Positions 30,353 through 40,423 are shown, numbered from the stretch's first letter. The stretch: DNA of 51,605 bases from Dehalococcoidia bacterium (GCA_003142375.1 PLME01000019.1:37102-88706), one strand, 5' to 3'. Made by a program: numbers and translations. Notes: a model not told the origin generated them from the sequence alone.

Positions 30353-30819
30353 GGACGGGAGTCGGCTACGATGCGCATGCCCTAATAGCGGGCAGGCCGC
30401 TTATCCTCGGCGGGGTCGAGGTACCCTTCGACAAAGGGCTTGACGGTTACAGCGATGCCGATGTACTGGTGCACGCCATTATGGATGCCCTGCTGGGAGC
30501 TGCGGGGCTGAAGGACATCGGCCATCAATTCCCCAGCGGAGATCCGCGGTATAAGAATGCTTCCAGCATCGGATTGCTTGAGCAGGTCAGGCGTATGGTT
30601 GCTGCAAAGGGATATGTGGTAAAAAATATCGACAGCGTTTTGATAGCCCAGGCGCCCAAAATAGCCCTTTATATAGATGAGATGCGGGCCAATATAGCCG
30701 CCGCTCTCAGGATCGACGATGATCAGGTGATGGTTAAGGCGACCACCACTGACGGGTTGGGCTTCACCGGCAAAGGAGAAGGCATGGCGGCTTATGCCTC
30801 TGCCATGCTGGAAGAATGA
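30349..30819 (+). CDS. ispF: 2-C-methyl-D-erythritol 2,4-cyclodiphosphate synthase
   Basis: GYDAH, SDADVLVHAIMDALLGA, DIG, KATT. Confidence 0.95.
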   Translation: MRTGVGYDAHALIAGRPLILGGVEVPFDKGLDGYSDADVLVHAIMDALLGAAGLKDIGHQFPSGDPRYKNASSIGLLEQVRRMVAAKGYVVKNIDSVLIAQAPKIALYIDEMRANIAAALRIDDDQVMVKATTTDGLGFTGKGEGMAAYASAMLEE

Positions 30820-30842
30820 TCATACTGTACTAGAGGTGTTTC

Positions 30843-32201
30843 ATGAAGATATTCAGTACCCTGTCCGGCCAGAAGGAAGAGTTTGCCCCGCAAGACAACG
30901 AAGTAAAAATGTATGTTTGCGGAGTTACCGTATATGATGTCTGTCACTTCGGCCATGCGCTGAGCTACATTTCATTCGATGTCATCAGGCGCTACCTGGA
31001 ATTCCGCGACTACAAAGTGAAATATGTGCAGAATTTCACCGATATCGACGACAAGATCATCAACCGCTCCAATGAGAGGAATATACCCTGGAAAGAGCTG
31101 GTAGAAAAATATATAGGCGAATTTTTCGTCGATATGGATGCCCTCAATATCAAGCGGGCCACCCTCTATCCCCGGGCTACCGAGGAGATACCTATGATCA
31201 TCCAGGTTATCCAGACACTTATGGATAAGGGTCATGCATACAAGGCCGACGGCAGCGTGTATTTTCGCGTAAAGAGTTTCCCCGGCTATGGCAAATTGAC
31301 CCATCAAACGGCTGACGATATGAGGGTTACGGAGACATCTGAGACCGAAAAAAAGGAAGACCCGCTGGATTTCGCACTTTGGAAAGCAGTCAAGCCGGGC
31401 GAGCCGGCATGGCTCAGTCCCTGGGGTGATGGGCGTCCGGGTTGGCATATCGAATGCACGGCCATGTCTATCAAGCACCTGGGCAAGACGCTGGACATAC
31501 ACGGCGGCGGACAGGACCTGGTATTTCCCCACCACGAAAATGAGATAGCCCAGTCCGAATGCTTCACCGGGGTGGACCCCTTTGTGCGCATCTGGATGCA
31601 TAACGGTTTCCTGCAGCTCGGGGCGGACAAAATGAGCAAATCCCTGGGCAATCTGGTCACCATCAAGCAGGCGCTGGAACGCAACAGTGCCGATGCCATC
31701 AGGCTTTTTATTATAAGCTCCTATTATAGGATGCCTCTGCGCTACAGCGAGGAAGCGCTCGATGCAGCGGAAACCGGGATCGAAAGGATGAGACAGGCGC
31801 TCAAGGCCGAGGGCAAAACGGGCGCTGAAGTTCTTGATGCCGAGCTGTATATAACCAGGTTCATCGAGGCCATGGACGATGATTTCAGCGCCCCGCAGGC
31901 TATGGCTGCCATGTTCGAGCTGGTGCGCGAGATAAACCGCGGCAGTGAGAGGGGGATGGATGTCGGCCGCGCCCAGCAGGTGCTGAAAGAGCTGGCCGGA
32001 GTGATAGGCTTCACATTACAGGAGGCCAGGAAGCTCGATCACTCGCAGGAAGAGAAAATCCTGGAGCTGATCTCCCGGCGCAATGCGCACCGCAAAGCTA
32101 AAGAGTGGAAGCAGGCCGACGAAGTGCGCGACCAGTTGCTCAAGATGGGTATTGCCATAGAGGACACTCCCAAAGGGACCACCTGGAAGATAGCCAAATA
32201 G
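30843..32201 (+). CDS. cysS: Cysteine--tRNA ligase
   Basis: MYVCGVTVYD, HFGH (HIGH), GRPGWHIEC, HGGGQDLVFPHHENE, KMSKS. Confidence 0.98.
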   Translation: MKIFSTLSGQKEEFAPQDNEVKMYVCGVTVYDVCHFGHALSYISFDVIRRYLEFRDYKVKYVQNFTDIDDKIINRSNERNIPWKELVEKYIGEFFVDMDALNIKRATLYPRATEEIPMIIQVIQTLMDKGHAYKADGSVYFRVKSFPGYGKLTHQTADDMRVTETSETEKKEDPLDFALWKAVKPGEPAWLSPWGDGRPGWHIECTAMSIKHLGKTLDIHGGGQDLVFPHHENEIAQSECFTGVDPFVRIWMHNGFLQLGADKMSKSLGNLVTIKQALERNSADAIRLFIISSYYRMPLRYSEEALDAAETGIERMRQALKAEGKTGAEVLDAELYITRFIEAMDDDFSAPQAMAAMFELVREINRGSERGMDVGRAQQVLKELAGVIGFTLQEARKLDHSQEEKILELISRRNAHRKAKEWKQADEVRDQLLKMGIAIEDTPKGTTWKIAK

Positions 32202-32204
32202 AGG

Positions 32205-33050
32205 TCAGAGCGGCAGTGCGCTGAGGATTTTAACCGGATCGCCGATACGTATGCCCAGAAAGACGGCGGCGTTGCCGTCTTTTAACGAAAGCTCGAGATA
32301 GTCACTGCTGCCTATGATCGCCATCAGCCCTTTGCCCTGCGCGTAATAGCTGCTGGTATTGGTTATCCTCTGATTTTTTATTTCCACCGCCGCGCCCCCC
32401 ACCGGTATATGGCTGCTCCTCAGGTTGGTAATAAGGTTGCCGAACCTGTCTATATGTATAATCTGGCCGATTATGTGGCCGGTGGCGTCCTTGAAGGGGA
32501 TTGGGACGTGGAAGGCATTGAGGCTTTCAATGCTCTCACCGAATTCTTTGGCAGGTAGACCCAGGGACAGGTGTGCCGCCACCGGGGCGAAAATATCACG
32601 CCCGTGGAAGGTGGAGCTTACCGGCTGTCGCCAGTATTCCTGCTTGGTGATGGAGACTGCTTCGCACCCCTCGGGCAGCGCCCGCTTGGCAACCTGTTCG
32701 GAGAAAGGGACAGCCTGCGCCGCTTTTTCAGTAGAAAGCTCGTGCAATATATAGCTGAGGGTGCCGTTATCCGGCGTAACGAAAGTCGCGGTTGGTGTTC
32801 TTAGGATGACCGCCCGGCGGTGGCTGCCCACTCCCGGGTCGATTACGATGACATGAATGGTGCCTTCGGGGAAATAGCGCCACGAAGTATGCAGGATGAA
32901 TGAGGCTTCTCTGATTGATTGGGGAGCTATGGCGTGGGTGATATCGACGATCTTAGCCTGCGGATTTATGCCAAGCATGACACCTTTCATACTTGCAACA
33001 TAACCGTCGCCGATGCCAAAGTCGGTCGTCAAAGTGACAACCTGTGACAT
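32205..33050 (-). CDS. SAM hydroxide adenosyltransferase (DUF62; chlorinase/fluorinase superfamily)
   Basis: TLTTDFG, IDPGVGSHRR, PDNG, STFHGRDIFAP, IDRFGNLITN. Confidence 0.9.
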   Translation of the reverse strand: MSQVVTLTTDFGIGDGYVASMKGVMLGINPQAKIVDITHAIAPQSIREASFILHTSWRYFPEGTIHVIVIDPGVGSHRRAVILRTPTATFVTPDNGTLSYILHELSTEKAAQAVPFSEQVAKRALPEGCEAVSITKQEYWRQPVSSTFHGRDIFAPVAAHLSLGLPAKEFGESIESLNAFHVPIPFKDATGHIIGQIIHIDRFGNLITNLRSSHIPVGGAAVEIKNQRITNTSSYYAQGKGLMAIIGSSDYLELSLKDGNAAVFLGIRIGDPVKILSALPL

Positions 33051-33065
33051 GCTAATACTCCGGAC

Positions 33066-33290
33066 TTACGAAGAGCTGACTCTGACGATTACAATCGAGA
33101 GAGCTATAAAGATAACGGACAGCACTATAGTAACCTGAAACAGCGTTTTTTCAACGCCGCGTCTGGTCCTGTAAACGCCATCGGCCTGGCCGAATATACC
33201 GCCGAGGCCGCCGCCCTTAACCTGCAAAGTCAGCACAGCTATAAGCGCCAGCGCTATTACTATCTGTGCTACGGTCAGATAAATTGGCAT
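33066..33290 (-). CDS. secG: Preprotein translocase subunit SecG
   Basis: Two TM helices flanking LQVKGGGLGGIFG...RRGVEKTL. Confidence 0.92.
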   Translation of the reverse strand: MPIYLTVAQIVIALALIAVLTLQVKGGGLGGIFGQADGVYRTRRGVEKTLFQVTIVLSVIFIALSIVIVRVSSS

Positions 33291-33291
33291 A

Positions 33292-34767
33292 TTAATTTCC
33301 TCCGAGTTTGTCGACGATCAATTGCCTGACTACCGACGGGTTGGCCTTGCCCCTGGAAGCTTTCATAACCTGTCCCATGAGAAAGGTCAAAGATGCTTCC
33401 TTGCCCGCCTTAAAGTCTACAACCGCTTTTTCGTTATCTGCAATTATTTTATCTACAATTATAGCAAGTTCTCCGCTGTCGCTGATTTGCACCAGCCCTT
33501 TCTCAGCTACGATCACGCTCGCTTTTTTGCCACTGTTGAACATCTCTTCAAAGACCGTTTTGGACAGCGGACCGCTCAGTGTCCCCTTTTCAACCAGGTC
33601 CAGCATCTCCACAAAATTGGCCTCAGGCACCCTGTCATGGGCCTCCTCCGCCCTAATGTTTTTAGCGTTGAGCAGCCGGGTGAACTCGCCCAGCATCCAG
33701 TTGCTTATGGTCTTGGCCCTCTGTTTAACGTTGACGGAGGTGTTCGCTCCAAGCCCGATGCTGGTCTTGAAATAGGCGACATAATGTTTGGATTGGGTTA
33801 TTAGCTCAGCGTCATACGGCGAGAGGTCGTATTTGGCTATCAGCTCGTCATAAATCTTTTCCGGCAGATCGGGCAACCCGGCTTTGATTTTATCCACCAT
33901 CTGCCGGCTGAATGAAAGGGGCGGCAAATCCGGCTCGGGAAAATAGCGGTAATCATGGGCATATTCCTTGCTGCGCTGGCTTACCGTGATTTCCTTATCA
34001 TCAACCCAGCCACGTGTTTCCTGGACGATCTTTTCACCTTTAGCCATGGCTTCCCGCTGCCTCTGGGCTTCATATTCCAGTGCGCGGTAGACGGCGCGGA
34101 AGCTGTTCATATTTTTGACTTCGACCTTGGCCAGGTATTCTTTACTGCCCTCGGGCCGAATGCTGATATTGGCATCGCAGCGGAAGCTGCCCTCTTCCAT
34201 GTTGCCCGTCGAGACGCCCAGGTATTGCAGGATAGATCTCAACTTGACCAGGTAAAGGCGGGCTTCCTCGGGCGAGGCCATGTCCGGTTCGCTTACTATC
34301 TCCATCAGCGGCATGCCGGCGCGGTTGATGTCCACCAGGCTGTAGCTTTCCCCTTCCGGTGAAGTGCGGTGCGTCAGCTTGGCTACGTCTTCTTCGAGGT
34401 GCACACGGGTGATGCCTATCTTCTTTTTCTTGCCTTCGATGTCGATTTCCAGCCAGCCCTTGACGCACATCGGCATGTCATATTGCGATATCTGGTAGCC
34501 TTTCATAAGGTCCGGGTAGGGATAGTTTTTCCGGTCGAACTTGGCATGCTCGGGGACAGTGCAGTTGAGAGCCAGGCCGGTCCTGACCGTGAAAATAACC
34601 GCCTGCTCATTTATGGTGGGCAGCACGCCCGGCATACCCATGCATACCTGGCAGACGTGGGTATTGGGAGGGTCGCTGGCATAATCTGCACTGCAGGAGC
34701 AGTACATCTTGCTGCGCGTCAGCAGTTGCGAATGTACCTCCAGCCCGATAATGGTCTCGTAGTTCAC
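33292..34767 (-). CDS. gatB: Asp/Glu-tRNA amidotransferase subunit B
   Basis: IGLEVH, RKNYPYPDL, HLEED, NRAGMPLMEIVSEP, RCDANIS, YRYFPEPDL; GTG start; gatA and gatC not adjacent. Confidence 0.98.
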   Translation of the reverse strand: MNYETIIGLEVHSQLLTRSKMYCSCSADYASDPPNTHVCQVCMGMPGVLPTINEQAVIFTVRTGLALNCTVPEHAKFDRKNYPYPDLMKGYQISQYDMPMCVKGWLEIDIEGKKKKIGITRVHLEEDVAKLTHRTSPEGESYSLVDINRAGMPLMEIVSEPDMASPEEARLYLVKLRSILQYLGVSTGNMEEGSFRCDANISIRPEGSKEYLAKVEVKNMNSFRAVYRALEYEAQRQREAMAKGEKIVQETRGWVDDKEITVSQRSKEYAHDYRYFPEPDLPPLSFSRQMVDKIKAGLPDLPEKIYDELIAKYDLSPYDAELITQSKHYVAYFKTSIGLGANTSVNVKQRAKTISNWMLGEFTRLLNAKNIRAEEAHDRVPEANFVEMLDLVEKGTLSGPLSKTVFEEMFNSGKKASVIVAEKGLVQISDSGELAIIVDKIIADNEKAVVDFKAGKEASLTFLMGQVMKASRGKANPSVVRQLIVDKLGGN

Positions 34768-34810
34768 AACGCCGCATAGTATAGCAATATGGACACTTAC
34801 ACGGCAAACT

Positions 34811-34839
34811 TTGACATATGCAGAAAAAAGTTATATAAA
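34811..34839 (+). promoter_or_regulatory. sigma70 promoter for marR, divergent from gatB
   Basis: TTGACA (34811-34816), 17 bp, TATAAA (34834-34839). Confidence 0.7.
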
Positions 34840-34874
34840 TAGAACAAAATACACCGTAGTTTATTTCAATATCA

Positions 34875-35339
34875 ATGGCCGAGAAACCGGAAGACGTAAA
34901 GCTCGACAGCATAGTGGACAGCCTGTTAATATTTCTTCCTCTTTTCTATCGCAAAATATTCCAGGTCGCCCATGCCAAAGCGGGCGTAAACCCCGGCAAC
35001 ATGCAGTTTCATGTTCTGGCTATGATCATGAGGCTGGGCACTTTGCGGACTTCCGAGATTAGCCGCAGGTTGGGCATATCCAAGCCCAATACAACCTCTC
35101 TGCTGGATAAGCTTATTGAGAGGGGCTATATTCAGCGTGTACTCGACAGCAGCGACAAGCGGATTAAACAAATAAGCATCACCGAGAAGGGCAGGCGTTT
35201 TGTTACAGGCAGGAAAAAGATCATGCGCAACGAGGTCAGAAGAAGCCTGTCGACTCTGGACATTACTGAGTTACTGACCCTTTCCGGCGCTCTGGAGTCC
35301 TTTACCGACATTGTCAGCAAGGTGGATTATGGTTCGTAA
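34875..35339 (+). CDS. MarR family transcriptional regulator
   Basis: wHTH SEISRRLGISKPNTTSLLDKLIERGYIQR, DKR wing, ITEKG. Confidence 0.93.
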   Translation: MAEKPEDVKLDSIVDSLLIFLPLFYRKIFQVAHAKAGVNPGNMQFHVLAMIMRLGTLRTSEISRRLGISKPNTTSLLDKLIERGYIQRVLDSSDKRIKQISITEKGRRFVTGRKKIMRNEVRRSLSTLDITELLTLSGALESFTDIVSKVDYGS

Positions 35340-35403
35340 TTTAAAAGAAATTGTTTATAAGCAGCCTTTTCAGGCATGAACTTATGCAGGGAGTATCACT
35401 TAT

Positions 35404-37086
35404 ATGAGTAAAGTATGGCTTTTTAAGATTGCGGCAGTTGTACTGGCGTTATCCATCATTGCTGGAGGGTGCAGCAGCGGCCCCATAACCCAGCAGCAAA
35501 TGGTGGCAACCGTCCAGCGCGGAGATTTGGAAGTAACCGTCGTCTCGGTTGGCGTGATAGAGATGCCGGAGGCCGTGAACCTCTATTTTGATACTTCCAT
35601 GTTCAGTCTGACGCAGCCTTACAGTGCCCAGATTAAAAAGGTCTATGTGCAGAAAGGCGACATGGTCAAAGCCGGTGCGCTGATTGCCAGCCTGGACGAC
35701 ACAGCCCAGAAGCAGAACGTCGAGACGGCCCAGTACGGGCTGGAATCAGCCATCAATAACGTTGTGCAGACCGTTTGCTGCGGATGCACGCGCGTGCCTT
35801 CGTTCTACAGCGATGCCGTGGCCCTTTACCGCTTCGATTTTGCCACAAAAGAGATGCAAAAGGCTCAGACGCTTCTGCAGACGGGCCAGTATGGGGATGC
35901 GGCCGAACAGATTTCGCTGGCCAACTATGATATCGAGGCAGCCAGGAAAATCTACAGCGACCCGGCATTCAACAGGGTCAGGCCGGACCTTATAAACGAT
36001 GTCGGGCAAGTAATCAATACCAGCCAGGATGCCGACACGGCCATTCAGCGGCTGTCTGCCGAAATGGATGTAATTACCACCGTTCAGCAGCAGGTAAAAG
36101 ATGGAAAATACGGGGATGCCGTCAGCACCATCCAGGATATGCTTACCGAGATGTCCGATACCTATGACGTGGTAAAGAGGATCACGCACCTGCCTACCGA
36201 TGCCACATCTGTCGATACCTGCACGACCTATACTGTGGTCAACGAGATACTTGCCTCGATGGATAAGCTGCAGACTATGGCCGGACAGAAGGACGTCGAT
36301 CCGATCGCCTTCGCCCAGACGTTGAGCTCGGTGCGGCACGACCTGGAATTAGCCAACAAGATACTGGATGAAAACATCTCCACATACAGGCAGGGACTGA
36401 ACTTGAAAGTCTTGCGTGACTACAATATCGGGGTGCAGACGGCCATTATCAACCTGGACCGCGCCAAGCTATCGTTGCTCAAAACGGAGTTGCTGGCCCC
36501 CTTCGACGGACAGGTGGTGGATGTCAACCTGCATGCAGGAGATATGATAACCCAGAGGTATTCAGTAACGGGCCTCCCCATCGATTCCTACGTGGCACGC
36601 CTGGCCAATACTTCCTATGTCAGGATGACCGCCTCTGTCAGCCAAACCGATGTGCTCAAGATTGCCAGGGGACAGAAGGCACTGGTGTATGTCGATGCCG
36701 TCCCCGGCAGGGTCTTCGAGGGGCAGGTGTCATTCATCTCTCCTTTCGGGATACCGCTCCCAAAAGGAAGCTATGCAGTTGAGATCTCTTTGGATCCCAG
36801 CGATACTGCTTACCTGGCCGGTGGTATGACTTGTACGGCTGATATAATTATAGGAAAGCATGCCGATGTATTGCTGGTGCCCAATGCAGCAATCAGCAGT
36901 CAGGCAGGCGACTATTATGTTAGTGTCTGGGAGGACGAGAAGACCAACATCGTCGAGCAGAGGCCGGTCAAGATCGGCCTGCAGGGCAAGACCCAGACCG
37001 AGATAGTATCCGGGCTGAGCGAAGGGGAAAAGGTGCTGCTGGAGACAAGCTACGCTCCACCCAAATCGTTACAGCTTACTAAATGA
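35404..37086 (+). CDS. Lipoprotein membrane-fusion (efflux adaptor) protein with a greatly extended helical region
   Basis: Lipobox IAGGC; VQKGDMVKAG and LLAPFDGQV lipoyl halves; beta-barrel and MP domain (VLLVPNAAI, VKIGL, EIVSGLSEGEKV). Confidence 0.85.
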   Translation: MSKVWLFKIAAVVLALSIIAGGCSSGPITQQQMVATVQRGDLEVTVVSVGVIEMPEAVNLYFDTSMFSLTQPYSAQIKKVYVQKGDMVKAGALIASLDDTAQKQNVETAQYGLESAINNVVQTVCCGCTRVPSFYSDAVALYRFDFATKEMQKAQTLLQTGQYGDAAEQISLANYDIEAARKIYSDPAFNRVRPDLINDVGQVINTSQDADTAIQRLSAEMDVITTVQQQVKDGKYGDAVSTIQDMLTEMSDTYDVVKRITHLPTDATSVDTCTTYTVVNEILASMDKLQTMAGQKDVDPIAFAQTLSSVRHDLELANKILDENISTYRQGLNLKVLRDYNIGVQTAIINLDRAKLSLLKTELLAPFDGQVVDVNLHAGDMITQRYSVTGLPIDSYVARLANTSYVRMTASVSQTDVLKIARGQKALVYVDAVPGRVFEGQVSFISPFGIPLPKGSYAVEISLDPSDTAYLAGGMTCTADIIIGKHADVLLVPNAAISSQAGDYYVSVWEDEKTNIVEQRPVKIGLQGKTQTEIVSGLSEGEKVLLETSYAPPKSLQLTK

Positions 37087-37137
37087 GATAAAGGATGTTT
37101 ATGATGGCCATTTCAAATACAAGCGGAGGCAACATCT

Positions 37138-37860
37138 ATGGCGAATAATCTTAATGACAGGATGAAATCTGTTTTTGCCACCACGCGTGGCAGGGTGATA
37201 TTTATAGTCGTTGCTGTGATCCTCCTGGGTGGAATAATTACCGGCGTATATCTGGGCTACCAGAATTACAAATACGTCAGCACGGACAACGCCCAAATCT
37301 CGGGGGCACGCGTTAATATCAGTGCAATATCTGCTGGCCAGCTGGTCAGCGTGGACGTTGACTACGGCAGCTATGTGGAAAAAGGTCAGGAAATCGCTAC
37401 TATAGGCGCACCGCTCTATACCAACAGTGCTTTGCAACAGGGGCAGCAGGGTAATCCAGTGGGCCGTGCTTCCGTAGAGTCCCCGGTCAACGGCTATGTG
37501 GCGTATGTATATGCTTATCCCGGGCAAATTCTTTTTGCCGGCACTCCCATTGTAACGATATACGATGTTTCATCGCCCTGGGTGATTGCCAACCTTTCTG
37601 AGGCTGACCTTTACAAGATCGAGCCGGGCCAGGACGTAGAAATATCAGTGGACAGCCTGGGCGGCCTGAAGTTCAAGGGCAAGGTGGTGGGAATCTCGGC
37701 GGCCAGCGCTGCCACCTTTTCGCTCTTGCCCGCTAATAATACTACAGGCAACTTCATCAAAGTCACGCAGCTTGTACCCGTAAAGATATCCATCGAAAAT
37801 TCCGGGCATTACATACTTATTCCCGGCACGTCGGTAGAAGTGAAGATAACCGTAAGGTAG
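37138..37860 (+). CDS. EmrA/HlyD-like adaptor protein, short form without hairpin
   Basis: N-terminal TM, VSTDNAQI, VEKGQ, SPVNG, FSLLPANNTTGNFIKVTQLVPVKI. Confidence 0.88.
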   Translation: MANNLNDRMKSVFATTRGRVIFIVVAVILLGGIITGVYLGYQNYKYVSTDNAQISGARVNISAISAGQLVSVDVDYGSYVEKGQEIATIGAPLYTNSALQQGQQGNPVGRASVESPVNGYVAYVYAYPGQILFAGTPIVTIYDVSSPWVIANLSEADLYKIEPGQDVEISVDSLGGLKFKGKVVGISAASAATFSLLPANNTTGNFIKVTQLVPVKISIENSGHYILIPGTSVEVKITVR

Positions 37861-37875
37861 TGGGAAGAGCTACCT

Positions 37876-39423
37876 ATGCCAAGAACCAGCGAGTCCAAGG
37901 TACTGCTTATCGCCATCGCCGGCACATTCATGGTGATTCTGGATCAGACCATCATGAATACGGCCCTGCCGCATATCATCGCCGTTTTTAATGAGACCGC
38001 CGACCGGGCGCAGCTTGTTATCTCCGCCTACCTGATGGCGTCGGCCATATCCACGCCCGCCGCCGCCTTTTTAGTCGAGCGCTACGGTATAAAACGCGTT
38101 TATCTGTTCGCCCAGGCCGGTTTCCTGTTCGGCTCCATCCTTTGCGGCCTGTCATGGGATGCCAGTTCCTTGATAACATTTCGTGTGCTGCAGGGGTTAT
38201 GCGGCGGGCTTCTCGGCCCGCTGGCCATGACCTTCCTCTTTACTACTGTGCCGCCCGAGGACCGCGGCGAGGCTATGTCTCTCTTCGGCATTCCCATGAT
38301 GGTGGCTCCCGCCATAGGCCCCACACTGGGAGGTTACCTGGTGGACTCCTGGAGCTGGCGGATGTGCTTCTATGTGAATGTGCCGGTGGTCCTCCTGGCC
38401 ATCCTCATGGGGCTGGCCTGGATCGAGGATACTCCCACGACTGATGTCTCTTTCGACTATAAAGGATTCACCCTGGCGGCGGTGGGGTTCAGCGCCTTCC
38501 TGTACGCTCTTTCCTATGCCCCGACCTGGCACTGGGATGACTGGCGCATTATCAGCCTGATATCGGTGGGTGCAATTTGTATCCTGGCCTGGATACTGGT
38601 CGAGCTTAACGTAAAGAGGCCATTGTTAGACCTGCGTATGTTTAAAAGCTTCGGCTATTCCCTGGGCATAGGGCTAACTTTTATCACAACTATCGGGTTG
38701 TTCTCCTTGATTTTCCTGCTGCCCCTGTTCCTGCAGACCCTGCGCGGATTCACTGCTCTCTTGAGCGGGCTTATGTTATTGCCCCAGGCCATCGGCGCTA
38801 TGATCACCATGCCGTTGGCAGGCAAGCTTTACGATCGGTTGGGGCCGCGTGTGCCTGCTGTGATAGGGCTGGTCATGCTCGGCGTTTCCACACTGGCCAT
38901 GCATGGACTCGACCTTAACATGCCGGACAACACCCTGCGCATGATTCTCTTCATCCGTGGTATGGGGATGGGATTCGCCATGATGCCCATCATGACCTAT
39001 GCCCTCTCCGCCGTGCCCCAGCGCATGACGGCACAGGCTTCATCGCTGCTCAACGTCTGCCGCACCATCTTCGGCTCGCTGGGTATAGCCTTCTTTGCAA
39101 CTATGCTGGATACCTTCACCAAGCAGAATGTAGCTTCCATCATTCAGACCGTTACCCCCAACTCGATTGTTGATATGAGCTGGCTGGCCCAAGTTCAGGC
39201 ACTCCTTATGCAAATGGGATTTACATTGCAGATGGCGCACGACGAGGCCATCACCTTGCTGTATCAATATGTCAGTTTAAGGGCTAATATCACGGCCTTT
39301 CAAATGGATTATGTTATCAGCGCTGTGGTGGTGCTGCTGGGCGTCCTGCCGGCTATGTTACTGCCTTTCGGGCGCATCAAAAAAGACGCCGGAGAGGCGG
39401 CTATTCCGGGTATGGTCGAATAG
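37876..39423 (+). CDS. DHA2/EmrB-QacA family MFS efflux transporter
   Basis: FMVILDQTIMNTALP, RVLQG, APAIGPTLGG, WRMCFYVNVP, PLLDLRMF; about 14 TM segments. Confidence 0.93.
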   Translation: MPRTSESKVLLIAIAGTFMVILDQTIMNTALPHIIAVFNETADRAQLVISAYLMASAISTPAAAFLVERYGIKRVYLFAQAGFLFGSILCGLSWDASSLITFRVLQGLCGGLLGPLAMTFLFTTVPPEDRGEAMSLFGIPMMVAPAIGPTLGGYLVDSWSWRMCFYVNVPVVLLAILMGLAWIEDTPTTDVSFDYKGFTLAAVGFSAFLYALSYAPTWHWDDWRIISLISVGAICILAWILVELNVKRPLLDLRMFKSFGYSLGIGLTFITTIGLFSLIFLLPLFLQTLRGFTALLSGLMLLPQAIGAMITMPLAGKLYDRLGPRVPAVIGLVMLGVSTLAMHGLDLNMPDNTLRMILFIRGMGMGFAMMPIMTYALSAVPQRMTAQASSLLNVCRTIFGSLGIAFFATMLDTFTKQNVASIIQTVTPNSIVDMSWLAQVQALLMQMGFTLQMAHDEAITLLYQYVSLRANITAFQMDYVISAVVVLLGVLPAMLLPFGRIKKDAGEAAIPGMVE

Positions 39424-39427
39424 CTGC

Positions 39428-40423
39428 CTAAATCCATTTCTTCCTGTGAAAATAGACCAGCATGACGACCGCTACAATCAACATGAAAGCCAGGATAGCC
39501 GGGTATCCCAGGGGACTTTCGAGCTCTGGCATGTATTTGAAGTTCATCCCATATAACCCCACGATGAAGGTCAGGGGTATAAATATCGTAGCCACCACCG
39601 TCAGCACCTTCATGACCTCGTTGGTCTTATTGCTCATGCTGGAGAGGTAGATGTCTATCAGGCTGCTGACCATGTCGCGCGTATTTTCGATTAAATCCAT
39701 AGCCTCGAAGATACGGTCGTACACATCACGGAAATAAGCCACAGTCTCGTCCTTTATGAGTGAGGAGTCCTTTTTACTCAGTTCGCTGAGTATCTCCCTG
39801 ACCGGCCATACGTACTGCCTGAGCTGAAACATGTTTTTCTTGATGCCCTGGATGGAATTTAATGTCTGGCGCGTGGGATTGGCGACCAGCTCGTCCTCCT
39901 TGTCCTCGATCTCCTCACCGAAGCTCTCCACTGTACCGAAATAATTGTCCACCACCGTGTCTATGATGCGGCAGGCCAGGAAGTCGGGCCCCATCTTCCT
40001 GACTATCGACTCGGCGACCTTTATTTCATCGCGCAGCGGCCCGAAAAAATCACCCGGCCTCTCCTGAAAGGTGATAACGTAGTTGGCTCCGAAAACTACG
40101 CTGAGCTGTTCGCTATCGATGGCTTTGGCCTTGATGTCGTATTCCAGCATCTTCAGCATGATAAGAAGATAGTTGGAAAAATCCTCGTATTTTACACGGT
40201 GCCCGGTGTTCTCAATGTCCTGTATAGTCAGGTCATGCAGGCCGAAGATGCTCCCCAGGGTCTGCAGCAGACTTAGATCTGTGACCGAGTCAACGTTTAT
40301 CCAGGTGACGCCGCCGTTTTTTGCCGAAAGGCGGCAGTCATCCAGTGTGGCCCGGCTGTTGAAGCTATAATTACTACGGTCGTAGTGAATAATACTCAGT
40401 CCTGTGCTATCCTGTTCAACCAT
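39428..40423 (-). CDS. corA: Magnesium/cobalt transporter CorA
   Basis: NEVMKVLT, YGMNF, MPEL, terminal KKWI. Confidence 0.95.
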   Translation of the reverse strand: MVEQDSTGLSIIHYDRSNYSFNSRATLDDCRLSAKNGGVTWINVDSVTDLSLLQTLGSIFGLHDLTIQDIENTGHRVKYEDFSNYLLIMLKMLEYDIKAKAIDSEQLSVVFGANYVITFQERPGDFFGPLRDEIKVAESIVRKMGPDFLACRIIDTVVDNYFGTVESFGEEIEDKEDELVANPTRQTLNSIQGIKKNMFQLRQYVWPVREILSELSKKDSSLIKDETVAYFRDVYDRIFEAMDLIENTRDMVSSLIDIYLSSMSNKTNEVMKVLTVVATIFIPLTFIVGLYGMNFKYMPELESPLGYPAILAFMLIVAVVMLVYFHRKKWI

